A stretch of 64,000 nucleotides of DNA. Source: an uncultured Mycoplasmatales bacterium. GTDB taxonomy: Bacteria; Bacillota_I; Bacilli_A; Mycoplasmatales; Mycoplasmoidaceae. The notes below the pieces were generated by a model. The model worked only from the letters and a program-made list of their open reading frames with translations. It did no database searches and had not been told where the DNA came from. A program made the translations under genes and the position numbers. Positions 1 to 11,633 of the stretch are shown here, piece after piece. The stretch spans positions 3,204 through 67,203 of the forward strand of contig CASPLF010000001.1 of NCBI GenBank assembly GCA_949422915.1, written 5' to 3'. How positions within the stretch are numbered: position 1 is the first letter of the stretch; each line of letters begins with the position of its first letter.

Positions 1-130
1 TGATTGCAATAAATAACCAAAACAAATATGAATTTGTTATTTTTTTAATAAGTGGGTGGAAAGCTATTTGTAAAAACATTACAAACAATACAATGAACAC
101 TAATACTACCCCGACTGCTAGCGATGACAT
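1..130 (-). CDS. membrane protein, N-terminal part (gene runs off the left edge)
   Basis: ATG at 130-128. The reverse translation MSSLAVGVVLVFIVLFVMFLQIAFHPLIKK... is open to position 1, with a hydrophobic helix at the N-terminus. Confidence 0.4.
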   Translation of the reverse strand, partial: MSSLAVGVVLVFIVLFVMFLQIAFHPLIKKITNSYLFWLFIAI

Positions 131-172
131 ATTTTAATATAATTATATTAATTATACAAAATCTTATTTTCT

Positions 173-1018
173 ATGCCTTTTATAAAAAATATTAACAATG
201 ATTTTTCAATTAAAGACGATAGAATAGTTTTATCAAAAAATTACTTTGATAACTATCAAAATCGTTTTGCAAAAATCACTGGAACTAGATTTTCTTGTAT
301 TTTAGGTCAAAATAAATTTTCATCTCCATTTAAAACTTGAGCGATCATGACGAAAATTTATAAAGAAGAGATGGATCCAACTTTATCAAAAGTTGGATGT
401 GCAATAGAACCAAAAGTAAGAGAGTATGTAGAAAAAGAATTAGGATGTAAATATCTTTCATATGATCCAGTTCAAATAAGATTTGATGTCTTTCATGAAA
501 ATAAAATTTTTGGTGGGATTCCAGATGGTGAACCAGTAGTTAATGGACGTATTGATTATTCAAAATTTCCGATGTTAGAAATTAAAACCACTTCAATAGA
601 CAGCTTTGTTTACAAAAAAGAAAACGGAAGTTTGTTTATGAAGAAAGATGAAAATGGTTATCCACTAATCAAACTTCCTGGTGAAAAAAGAAATAGTTGA
701 TATTGTGATAATGACATAGTCATTAGTGAAGAATATAAATATCAACTTGGTCTATACTTATATTTAAGAAATATAGATAAAGGAATCTTTGCCGTTACTT
801 TTTTAACTGGTGAAGATTATGTTCATCCTGAAAATTATGTTGCAAGTGAACATGAAATTGCTCTTGTTAATTTCTCAATTAATGATTTAGATCATTTTAA
901 GCAAAAGGTTGAATATGCAAAACATTGATACATTGATCATATTCAAACTGGTATTTCTCCTAAAATGACAGCCGAAGACAAAAAATGGCTTAAAGAAGAA
1001 TTAGGTCAAATGTTCTAA
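173..1018 (+). CDS. PD-(D/E)XK / YqaJ-like putative nuclease (resembles the mycoplasma MAGa7180-type putative nuclease family)
   Basis: ATG at 173 is in frame with track ORF 347..700, and the frame continues through in-frame TGAs to TAA 1016-1018. It has a D...E-x-K-like core (GGIPDGEP ... MLEIKTTS). The stop overlaps the thiI ATG (TAATG). Confidence 0.55.
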
Positions 1019-2187
1019 TGAAAATAATTTATCTTAAATATGGTGAACTTACTTTAAAAGGTAAAAATAAAAAAGTATTTATCAACCAATTATTTCAAAA
1101 CATTAAGATTGCTCTTAAAAATTTTGATTTAAAAATTATTAAACAATATGATTCTTCTTTAATCAAGGAAATTAAGGAAGAAGATTTTGATGGAGTTATT
1201 TCTATTTTAAAAAATATTCCAGGTATTTCTCAAATAATTATTGCCCAACAATTAGAAAGAAATTACAATGATTTAGTTAAATTTTTAGTTGAGAAATTCT
1301 CAAATTTAAAAGAGTTAACTCTTTTTAAAATTGAAACAAAAAGAAATGATAAATCATATGAATTAAATTCAATGGAATTTTCAAGAAAACTTGGTCATGA
1401 TTTATTGGTTTCTAACAAATTGCTAAAGGTTGACGTTAAAAATCCTCAATATAAAATTATTGTAGAAATTCATAAAAACAACTTTATTTGTTACACAAAT
1501 AAAATTAACGGAAGAGGTGGTTTTCCAATCGGCGTTGGTGGGAAAGTATTAATGCTAATATCTGGTGGTATCGATTCACCAGTAGCTGCTGGACTATTAA
1601 TGAAAAAAGGTTACAAAGTAGATTTCTTAACCTTCATCTCTCCTCCTCATACTAAACCAGAAGCCTTAACAAAAACTGAAGACTTAGTTAAAACCTTAAC
1701 CAAAACTTGTCCTTATGTTCCAAAATTATATGTATGCAATTTCACTAAATTACAACATGAGTTATCTCATATCTCTGATCATTCTTATCAAATAACTTTA
1801 ATGAGAAGATATTTCTTTAGAATTGCTCAAGAATTAAAAAATAAATTTGATTATGATGCAATAGCAACTGGTGAATCGTTAGGACAAGTTGCTAGTCAAA
1901 CTATTCAAAGTATAAATACTATTGAATCAGTATTAAATAATACAGTTGTTTTACGTCCACTACTAACATATGATAAATTAGAAATTATTAATTTAGCAAA
2001 TCAATTTGGTACATATGAAATTTCTATTTTACCATATGCTGACTCATGTTCTTTGTTTGTTCCTGCCAATCCCGTAACTAAACCAACTATTCATAAAGCT
2101 GAAAAATTAGAAAATGAATTAGACTTAATTAATGAACTTTATAATATAACTATTGAGAAGCATATCGAAACTAAATTAATTAAATAA
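1018..2187 (+). CDS. thiI: tRNA 4-thiouridine(8) synthase ThiI
   Basis: Uninterrupted 389-aa ORF with a THUMP-type N-terminal half and the PP-loop motif SGGIDSPVAA. Confidence 0.9.
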   Translation: MKIIYLKYGELTLKGKNKKVFINQLFQNIKIALKNFDLKIIKQYDSSLIKEIKEEDFDGVISILKNIPGISQIIIAQQLERNYNDLVKFLVEKFSNLKELTLFKIETKRNDKSYELNSMEFSRKLGHDLLVSNKLLKVDVKNPQYKIIVEIHKNNFICYTNKINGRGGFPIGVGGKVLMLISGGIDSPVAAGLLMKKGYKVDFLTFISPPHTKPEALTKTEDLVKTLTKTCPYVPKLYVCNFTKLQHELSHISDHSYQITLMRRYFFRIAQELKNKFDYDAIATGESLGQVASQTIQSINTIESVLNNTVVLRPLLTYDKLEIINLANQFGTYEISILPYADSCSLFVPANPVTKPTIHKAEKLENELDLINELYNITIEKHIETKLIK

Positions 2188-2188
2188 T

Positions 2189-3160
2189 ATGGAATTTATT
2201 AAAAAAACTATCATTGAAAAAATCAATAGTTATAACAAAATATCACTATTTTTTCATGAAGTTCCTGACTTTGACGCTCTAGGAGCGTGTTATGGTCTAA
2301 AACGTTTTATCAAGGATATAGCTCCTGAAAAAGAAGTTAAAATTATCGGTTTAGATATCATAGATGATTTCTTTTCAAAAGGATTCTTTGAATTTGATCA
2401 TACACATGTTGGAAATTCATTTATTAGTCAATCATTAGGGATTATCTTAGATACAGCTAATGAACAAAGGGTTTGAACTAACAGACATAGATATTGTAAA
2501 GAGTTAATTAGAATTGATCACCACCCACAAGTAGAATCAATTGCTAATATTGAATGAATTGATCCAACATATCCAGCAACTTGTCAAATGATTGCTGAAC
2601 TATTATTTGATTGAAATTCAAAATATGTATTATCTCCAACAGCAATGTATTTATATGCAGGTATTGTTACAGATACTGGTAGATTCTTACACTCTAATAC
2701 AAACCCATCAACATTAACAATTGCAGGTAAATTGCTAAATACTGGTTTTAATAGACAATCTATTAATGATGCTTTGTATTTAAGAAATTACAAGCAATTA
2801 AAATTTGATTCTTACGTTATTTCAAAAATTGTTTTCTTAAAAAATAAAAAGTTTGCTTATGCTGTTTTAGGAAAAAAATCTTTTGATAGATACGACATTG
2901 ATGTTAGAATGTCAATGGTACAAATTTTAAACAACATTGAAGGTGTTGAAGTTTGGATGAGTTGTTACTATGACAAAACCAAAAAATCTTGAAGAGGTTC
3001 TCTACGTAGTAGAGAATTACCAATTAACCAAATTGCTGAAAAGCATAATGGTGGTGGTCATAAATTAGCAGCCGGTTTCACTTTGAGAAACAAAAGAGAA
3101 ATTAAACAAATTAAAAAAGAAGTAATTCAATATTTACAACAAGTTCAAAAAGTTTATTAA
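2189..3160 (+). CDS. nrnA: DHH/DHHA1 family phosphoesterase (NrnA-like oligoribonuclease/pAp phosphatase)
   Basis: Track ORFs 2189 and 2645 are in the same frame and joined through TGA codons. Motifs seen are DFDALGA, DHHPQ (about 2518) and GGGHKLAAGF near the C-terminus. TAA at 3158-3160. Confidence 0.8.
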
Positions 3161-3184
3161 AAATTTATATATAATTAAATTGCT

Positions 3185-3418
3185 ATGAGTAAGACAAAAA
3201 CACTAAGAGTCTCTGATGTAGATCCAGAAGAATTTGAAAGAATTAAGGTTGAAGAAACTAAAGTAGTTAACCTTAAAGACTTAGGTGATTTATCTTCTTC
3301 AAATATAGATGAGGAATTATCTAAACTTTCAAAAAAACAACTTAAATATCGTTTAAAATACGAAGAAACTGATCCTGTAGTTATTGCTAAGATCAAAGAA
3401 CTACTTAGAAACATGTAG
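3185..3418 (+). CDS. small acidic hypothetical protein (77 aa)
   Basis: Intact ORF filling the gap directly upstream of dnaE. No recognisable motif. Confidence 0.4.
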   Translation: MSKTKTLRVSDVDPEEFERIKVEETKVVNLKDLGDLSSSNIDEELSKLSKKQLKYRLKYEETDPVVIAKIKELLRNM

Positions 3419-3423
3419 TAAAA

Positions 3424-6357
3424 ATGTTTATTAACCTTAATACACATTCATACTATTCATTATTAATGTCATCAATTACTATTGATGACATTATTAATTT
3501 TGCAATTAAAAATAAACAAAAATATGTTTCATTAATTGATATTAATTCAATGTATGGAACAATTGAGTTTTATCATAAAGCTATTAATAATAACTTAATA
3601 CCTGTCATTGGGTTACAAATAGAATATCAAAATGAAAAAGTCATTCTTGTTGCTAAAAATAACAATGGTTGTAAAAATTTATTTAAAATTTCTTCACTTG
3701 TAATGACTGATAGAGAATTAGATTTACCTCAACATTTATCAGATCTATTTGTAATTGTTAATGATACTTCTAAATGCTCATGAATAAAAGATCATGAAAG
3801 TTCTTTTAGTTTGAATCAAAATGCAAATGATTGCATTGCATGTAGAGAAGCATTCTTCGAAAGCAAAGATGATATCGAATATATTAAAGTCTTACACGCT
3901 ATCAAAGATGGTGTTACATATAAAGATGTAGGAGATTTATCAGAGTTTTCTGATAACTACATGTTAAATGAAGAACAAGCATCTAAATTGTATTCAGAAA
4001 AATCATTAGAAAATTTAAGTAAACTTTTAAGTTCATGTAAATGAACTATGGAATTTAATAAAGAACATCACTTTATTAAATACAACAAAAAATATAATTC
4101 TAAAGATTTGCTTCAAGCAATGTGTGTTGAAGGTTTAAAGAAGAGATTAAACTCTACTGATGCACCAATAAGCTACATTAATAGATTAACCCATGAATTA
4201 GATGTTATTGATAAAATGGGCTTTAACGACTATTTTTTAGTTGTTCAAGATTATGTTAGCTTTGCTAAACACAATGGAATTTTAGTAGGACCTGGTAGAG
4301 GTTCTGCAGCTGGTTCTTTAGTTTCGTATACATTAGGGATTACTGAAATAGATCCACTTCAATATGGATTAATCTTTGAAAGATTCTTAAATCCAGATCG
4401 TAATACTATGCCCGATATTGATGTTGATTTTATGGATGATCGACGTGGTGAAGTTATTGAGTATATTCATAATAGATATTCACAAGAACACGTTGCCCAT
4501 ATCTTAACTTTTCAAAAAATGAAAAGTAAAATGGCTATTAGAGATGTTTGTCGTGCTTTTGAATTTGACTTAAAACTTGTGGGATTAATTTCAAAAGAAT
4601 TCCCATCATCTTTTTTTGATTCAAGTATTGAAGAAATTATTAAATCTAATAAAAGAGTTGCTGAATATGCAAATAAATATCCAAAGATATTTAAAATTGC
4701 TAACAAACTTGTAGGATTTCCAAGACAAATAGGTCAACATGCAGCAGGTATTATTATTTCTGATAAACCATTAGATGAAATAATTCCAATCCAATCTTCA
4801 ACAGATAATATTTATTCAACTCAATTCTCGATGGAATATCTTGAATCTTTAGGTTTAATTAAGATGGATATTCTAGGTCTAGTAAATCTGGCAACTATTG
4901 ATCAATGTTTGAAATTAATTGAGCAAACAATTGGTCAAAAAATCAATCTTTCTAAAATTCCTTTAAACGACCAATCTGTATTTAAAGAGTTATCTAACGG
5001 AAATACACAAGGTATATTTCAATTAGAATCTCCTGGAATGACTAATTTAATTAGAAGAATTAAACCTGTAAATATCGAAGATATTTCAATAACTTCGGCT
5101 TTATTTAGACCAGGACCACAAAAAAACATTAATACTTATCTAGAAAACAAAGCTCATCCAGAAAGTATAGAATATTTAAATGATGATTTTAAATCCGTTT
5201 TAAGCTCTACATACAACATCATCATTTATCAAGAACAAGTTATTGAAATGGTTAAGCGTGTTGCTAAATTTAGTCTTGCACAAGCTGATATGTTTAGACG
5301 TGCTATTTCAAAAAAGAATGCAGATAAAATATCAAGTCTAAAAGAAAAGTTCATTGAAGGTGGGTTAAAGAACGGCTATTCACAAAAAGAAGTAACTCAA
5401 ATTTTTGATTATATTTATGAATTTGCTAATTATGGTTTTAACCACTCACACTCATTAGCATATTCATATGTAAGTTACTGAATGGCTTATTTAAAATTTA
5501 AATACCCATTGCAATTCTTTACAACTTTATTGTCATCTAATGACAATAGCGCTGATAAAATTGCTATGTATGTTGCTGATGCTAAAAAATGTGGAATCAA
5601 TATTTGTCCACCTAGCATTCAAGATTCACATTTCAACTTCAGTATTAAAAAATCAAAAATCATTTTTGGTTTCAATGCAATTAAAGGTATCGGTAGAGAA
5701 ACAATTAATAAAATTTTAAGTATTAGAAATCAACAACCTAATCATGAATTCAAGAATATGTTCTATGCTATTGGATTATTAGCAAATAATTCCATTGGAA
5801 TTAAAACTATAGAAATTTTAATCAAAGCAGGATGTTTTGATTGTTTCTTAGAAAAAAATCAAACTAGATTGTTTATTCTTAAAAACTTAGAAGAAATCTT
5901 TAAAGCAAGTAGGTTAATGAAACCTAATGGAGAATTTATTATTTCTCCTAATTTCGTTGAAATTATTCCAACAAATGAAGAAATCTTAGAATTGCAAGAA
6001 GAACAATTTAATTTACTAGGAGTAAATTTTGCAGAACATCCTGTAGTAACCATTAGAAATAACTACAAAGGTAGTGAAACAATTTCAACATTAACAGATG
6101 TTTCAAATAACACTTCTGGATTTATTCACTGTTTTGTTGTTCTAGACAGTTTTAGAGAAATTAAAACCAAAACAGGTTTGCCAATGGCTTTTGCAAAAAT
6201 AGAAGATGATACAAAAGTATCAGATGTTGTTATTTTCCCTGGTGTTTATACTAAAGCAAAAGGTATAATTAAAAAAGGTGAAATCTATTTGGTGTGCGTT
6301 AAAAACGCACCACGTGGGCTTCAACTAATGAGTATTAAAGAAATAGATCATGAGTAA
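3424..6357 (+). CDS. dnaE: DNA polymerase III alpha subunit
   Basis: Track ORFs 3424, 3811, 4048 and 5482 share one frame and are separated only by TGA. It has a PHP N-terminus (NLNTHSYYSLL), GPGRGSAAGSLVSY, the pol III alpha core and an OB-fold tail. Confidence 0.95.
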
Positions 6358-7222
6358 AAAAGCAATTGTAATCGATGGTAACTCTCTTATATATAGAGTG
6401 TTTTATGCTACTTACCAACAATTAGATTACTATAAAAAAAATAATTTACCACCAGCTAATGCTATTAGATTAGTAGCTAGTATTGTTCTTAAATTATTAA
6501 ATGAGAATCAATATGACTATGCATTATTTGCTCTTGATTCTCATAAGAAAACATTTAGAACTGAACAATTCGAAGACTATAAAGCTGGACGCAAACCAAT
6601 GCCAGAAGAGTTACTGGGTCAATTAGAAGATATTAAAAATATAGTTTCTGCTATTGGTTTAAATATTGAAGCAATTCCTGGAATAGAAGCAGACGATATT
6701 ATTGGTAGTTATTGCAAAATAATGAATGATTCTGATGTTGATGTTACCATCTTTACTTCAGATCGCGATATGCTTCAATTAGTTAGTCCCAAAACATCTG
6801 TTTCATTTTTTGTTAAAGGAATATCTGTTAGAGATTTATATACAGAACAAAACTTTTGCCAAAAGTTTATGGGATTAAAACCATGTCAAATTCCTGACTT
6901 TAAAGGAATTTCTGGAGACTCTTCTGATAACTTAACAGGCGTTAAAGGCATTGGACCTAAAACCGCTGTTAGTCTTTTACAAAAATATGGATCATTGGAT
7001 GACATCTACAATCATATAAATGAACTTAATGAAACGCAAGCCAAAAAATTTAACGAATGTAAAGATCATGCTAAACTTTGCAAAAGTTTAGCTACTATTC
7101 GTTTAGACGTTTTAAACAATAGATCAATAAATGAATTTTTAACAAAGAACTTTAATGTAGATGAGTTTGAAAAAATAATAACTTATTACAAACTTGATTC
7201 TTTAAGGAACTTATTAAAATAA
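6350..7222 (+). CDS. 5'-3' exonuclease (Pol I N-terminal domain-only / FEN-like)
   Basis: 290-aa ORF with motifs IDGNSLIYRVFYA, GIEADD and GVKGIGPKTA (H3TH). It overlaps the dnaE stop by 8 nt. Confidence 0.9.
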   Translation: MSKKAIVIDGNSLIYRVFYATYQQLDYYKKNNLPPANAIRLVASIVLKLLNENQYDYALFALDSHKKTFRTEQFEDYKAGRKPMPEELLGQLEDIKNIVSAIGLNIEAIPGIEADDIIGSYCKIMNDSDVDVTIFTSDRDMLQLVSPKTSVSFFVKGISVRDLYTEQNFCQKFMGLKPCQIPDFKGISGDSSDNLTGVKGIGPKTAVSLLQKYGSLDDIYNHINELNETQAKKFNECKDHAKLCKSLATIRLDVLNNRSINEFLTKNFNVDEFEKIITYYKLDSLRNLLK

Positions 7223-7248
7223 TTTGTTCCAATATATAATAAATATAT

Positions 7249-7809
7249 ATGGTAAAAATCGGTATTATTGTAGCAAATGGTACAGAAGACTCAGAGTTAG
7301 TTGTCCCTGTAGACATTTGAAATCGTGCTGGAATAATTACTAAAATTATTTCAATTCACAAGAAGAAAAACGTTCTTCTTGCAAACGGTATTAAAGTTTC
7401 ATGTCATGAAACTTTAGATGTTGAAAACTTAAGTAAATATAATGCAATATATTTACCAGGTGGTACAAAAGGTGTTGAACAATTATCATCAACTAATACC
7501 CCTAAGTTAATTAATTTCTTAAAAGGCAACACAAATAGCAATGTATGATTCTTATCTATTTGCGCTGCTACAAGCATATATGGAAAATTAGGAATGCTAA
7601 AAGGTGTTAAAGCAACTTGTTATCCAGGTTACGAATCTAGTTTTAGATCTTCTTATGTTAAACAACCAGTAGTTGTTTCAAAACACTTTATCACAGCAAA
7701 TGGCCCTGGTAACGTTTTTGATTTTGCATTTAAAGTTGTTGAAAAATTAGTAAGCCCTGCTATGGCTAAAAAAGTAGCGAATGATATGTTATACAAAGGA
7801 AATAAATAA
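7249..7809 (+). CDS. DJ-1/PfpI family protein
   Basis: ATG at 7249 is in frame with track ORF 7594 through TGAs. It starts MVKIGIIVANGTEDSE, has YLPGG and the nucleophile-elbow ICAA. Confidence 0.8.
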
Positions 7810-7811
7810 TT

Positions 7812-8108
7812 ATGAATTTTACAATTAGATGAAAAGACTGCAAAAAAAGTGATGCAATTGCAAACCACTTACAAAATAAAATGGATAATTTCCAAGATTT
7901 CCATTTTGTAGAAGATGATGGTAAGGTAGAAATCGTTTATTATGCAAAGCAAAATAAATATACCTGTAGAATGAACGTTCATGTTAAAACTAAAGGTATT
8001 ATTAGAGCAGAAGCTAATGCTTATGATGTAATTACATCAATTAATGATTGTGCTAATAAAATTACTGATCAGTTGAGACGTGTAAAAACACAATTCAAAG
8101 ATAGATAA
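7812..8108 (+). CDS. hpf: ribosome hibernation/ribosome-associated inhibitor family protein (short HPF/RaiA type)
   Basis: ATG at 7812 is in frame with track ORF 7881 through one TGA. The protein is 98 aa, and its size and pattern (IEITDAL-like DAIANHLQNKM ... ANKITDQLRRVK) fit the family. Confidence 0.65.
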
Positions 8109-8135
8109 AAAATACACCAAGCGGTGTATTTTTTA
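8109..8135. terminator. bidirectional intrinsic terminator between convergent hpf and rpmB
   Basis: Stem ATACACC (8112-8118) pairs with GGTGTAT (8123-8129) around a 4-nt loop. An A-run lies on the left and a T-run on the right. Confidence 0.6.
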
Positions 8136-8138
8136 TTT

Positions 8139-8333
8139 TTATGCTAATTTGTTATTTTTTCTTAATGTTTTTAAAGTTCTAGCAGAAACTCTTACTTTCT
8201 TAGTTTTGCCGTTTTCTTTAATGGTAACCGTTTGAAGATTTAATCCTCATTGTCTACGTGAATGATTTAACGCGTGGCTTCTTGTGTTACCACTCATTGC
8301 TTTTTTACCAGTTATTTGATCTTTTCTACTCAT
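8139..8333 (-). CDS. rpmB: 50S ribosomal protein L28
   Basis: Not in the ORF track because of an in-frame TGA. The reverse translation is [38 protein letters not shown]...RTLKTLRKNNKLA (64 aa). Confidence 0.9.
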
Positions 8334-8364
8334 AATCTTTTTGATTGTTATTTTATTATATTAA

Positions 8365-9648
8365 TTATTTTCTTTTTAATAAAGAAAACATATTAGTCTT
8401 ATATGCTTCTACACCTGGTTGGTCAAATGGATTAATCTTTAATAAATAACCACTCATCATAGCTGCACGACACAACCAAATATATAAATATCCATAGTGG
8501 TAAGAATCACATCTAGTAATGTGAATAATTAAATTATTCGTTTTACCATTTTTAGTATGAGCTAAAACCGTCCCTTTAAACGCTTGTTCATTAATGTAAT
8601 TTAATGTTTTCTTGTCTAAATATTTTAAACCATCAGTATTATCATTAATTGATAATTTGAAATCTTTTCTAGGTTCATCTACTCATAGAGTAGTTTCACA
8701 GAAATTTCTAGTTCCTTGTTGCAAGTATTGACCTAATGCATGCAAATCAGTAGTAAATAAACTAATGGTTGGATACATTGCCTTGTGAGATTTGCCTTCT
8801 GATTCACCAAATAATTGTTTTCATTGTTCTCCGATCATTGTTAATGATGGATCATAAACAATAAAATTTTCAACTTGTAATTTTTTAACAACATGAAAAT
8901 AATGTCTATAACATGCATATAAAAAAGCTGAATTTGATTTTAAAGAGAATGTTTTTGTATCATCCAAAGCTTTCTTAGCACCCTTTAACACTTCTAATGG
9001 ATCTAATCCTGCTAACACCATTGGAAACATACCAACTGGAGTTAATGTTGAATAACGTCCACCGATATCATCAGGAATATAGAACATTGTTCATTTATTG
9101 GCTTTAGCTAATTTATGAAGTGTTCCTGAACAACTATCAGTTATTGCAACAATCATTTTCTGACAATATTCTTTGCCAAAATTTTTACACATTATTTCTT
9201 TAAAGATTCTAAATGTTACAGCAGGCTCTATTGTTGTACCTGATTTAGAAATTACAATAATAGAAAATTTATTTTTTCCAATCTTCTTGATTACATCATA
9301 TATATAAGAAGAAGACATATTGTGAATGTAAATAAATTTATGATGACCAAAACCAATTGATCCTTGAACCATTTCAATTGCTGCTCTTACACCTAGATAA
9401 CTTCCACCAATACCAATAACTAAAACATACTTAAGATTTTGTTTTTTTCATTGTTGAGCTTTTTTCTTCATTGCCAACAATTGTTGATTACTATAGTAAT
9501 CAATAATGTTTACTCATCCTAATTTTTCAAGACCTGGTAATGTACTAGACATCATTTGTCTTTGAATCTTATCAACTTCTTTTTGGTATTTTTTTTGAAT
9601 TGCTGATTCACTAATTTGAATAGCATTAGATGTAACAAACTTTAGCAT
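8365..9648 (-). CDS. pgi: glucose-6-phosphate isomerase
   Basis: Track ORFs 8821 and 9091 plus flanks are in one frame through TGAs. Motifs seen are [25 protein letters not shown] and a C-terminal FDQPGVE. Confidence 0.9.
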
Positions 9649-9676
9649 ACTTCCTAATATTTAAAATTATATACTA

Positions 9677-10879
9677 TTAATAAATTACTTTGATTACTAC
9701 AGTAATGATTATTATTACCAAAGCTAATAATAATATCACAAAAATAAATCATCATTTTTGGTAAAATTTTTCATGTTGACGTTGTTTAGTTGTATCAAAA
9801 ATATTTTTAATTTGAAATGTTCTATCTTTGCTTGGTTTTAACAATTTTTCATTAATGCTTGTGGTATTAGATACATTTTTTAAATCATTAATGATTTCTT
9901 GAACAGAATGGTAACGGTATTTAATATCTTCAGGCTTAGATGCAATACATCTAAAAATGATATTTTCAATTGCTGGAGTGATATTAGGGTTAATATCACT
10001 CATAATTGGCATATCAAATTTAAGAGGTAATTTAATTACTTCTATTGAACTATAGTTGCTTGAAAAAAATGGTTTTTTACCAATTAACATTTCATAAAAA
10101 ATAATTCCTAAAGAGAAAAAGTCAAATTGTTCTGAGATAAAATTATTAGCATTTTTATCATTTGATCTTGCCATTTTAAATACATCAGGAGAAATATATG
10201 GATAAGTTCCATATAAAGTTGCCTCATTTGTTAGAATTTTATTTTCATCATTATTAGTAAATTCAATTACTGATGAAATACCAAAATCAATAATTTTAAC
10301 TTGTCTCAAATCATGAGACAATAAAATGTTTTCAGGTTTTAAATCACGATGGATAATTTTATGTTTGAATGAATGAAGTTCTTTAATAGCTATTAAAACT
10401 TTTTCAAAAATAAACGTAGCTTCTTTAACACTTAAGTAACCGTGTTTGTTTAAATGGTCTCTTAAAGAAATACCATCTACATATTCCATAACAATAATGA
10501 TAGTATTATCATTGTTAATTTTTTCTACTTGGAATGTTCTAACAATGTTATTTAAGTTGTTAACTCTCTTAGTAGTTACGCATTCATCAAGAAACTTAAT
10601 TCATTCACCATCAGAAATAGAAGGATTCCTTGTAACAACCTTAATTGCTACATATTTATTTTGTAAAGCAAAATAATCATTCTTGTCAACAAAAGTGTCT
10701 TCGGCTTTATAAATTATTGAATTCATTCCTCCACGAGCTATTTCATCAATAATTTTGTATTGACCTAAAACAATGTTCCCTTTTGTAAATATAGGAAGTT
10801 CTATTGGTTTTTGTTTTATCTCTGCAGTTTTTTCCTCTTGAGTTTTAATTTTTTCTGACATTGTTTTATAAGATTTCAA
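9677..10879 (-). CDS. Ser/Thr protein kinase (Hanks type) with a C-terminal transmembrane anchor
   Basis: Track ORFs 9752 and 10601 are in the same frame. Motifs are VAIK, HRDLKPENIL and DFGIS. After two TGAs the tail reads WWFIFVILLLALVIIIITVVIKVIY. The alternative start ATG 10861 (MSEKIK) would abut the PP2C stop instead of overlapping it. Confidence 0.85.
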
Positions 10880-11633
10880 TAACTATAGAAGTTAAATTAT
10901 CATTACTATGATTTTCTAAAGCTTTTCTAATTAATGCAGTAGATGTGGCATAAAATGGTTTATCACGATTTTTATTAATGTAATCATCAATATAAGGCAT
11001 ATCAATGTAGTTATAAACTCCATCTGATCCTAAGAAAATTAAATCACCACGATTTAATTTAAAGCTAAATTTGTCATAGTCCAATGGACAATTAGTATTT
11101 GAATCTACATATTTTGTTAATGCTAAGAAACTATCTTTATATTTAACAAACATTTCTTGAGGAGCATTTGATGAAACTAAATAGTTGTATAGATTATGAT
11201 CTTTAGTAATTTGTCTTCATTTAAAGTTAGTAATATCAAATCTGTATAAACGAGAATCACCTAGGTTAAAGCAAATTGCTCTTCCATCTTTTTGAATAAA
11301 GATGCAAACAAAAGTTGTAGTAATTTTCTTGTTATTTAATTTTGCTTTGCAATATGCTGCAAGTTTTTTTCTAGCATTTACAATGTTTCTCGAAATTCAT
11401 ATAGATGGATTAATAATGTGACGTCTTTTTTTAAATTTATTTTTAAAGTAATCAACAATCATGTTAGAAGCTATTTGGCTATCTGACTGTGAACCAATAC
11501 CATCACAAACTATACCAAAACATTGGTCTGTAGCATTAACTCCAACAAAGCCAGCATCTTCATTGTGATCTCTTAAGCCTTTTGCTGTTGCAAAAGAATA
11601 ATTAAACTTGTTTTCTCTATTTTCTTTTTTCAT
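10866..11633 (-). CDS. PP2C-family Ser/Thr protein phosphatase
   Basis: Track ORFs 10866 and 11397 are in the same frame. Motifs are RDHNEDA, DGIG and LGSDGV. The start is taken at MKKENR (11633) because the upstream part belongs to rlmN. Confidence 0.85.

Noticed and set aside
3424-6357. Apparent fragmentation of dnaE, and likewise thrS, valS, topA, pyrG, adhE, rpsB, ktrB, pgi and others, into several short ORFs, which could be read as pseudogenes or frameshifts.
   Set aside because: All fragments of each gene are in the same frame and are separated only by TGA. Several conserved Trp positions are TGA-encoded (WCGPC in thioredoxin, CWYC in HemW, WWNPKM in S2). This is genetic code 4, not gene decay.
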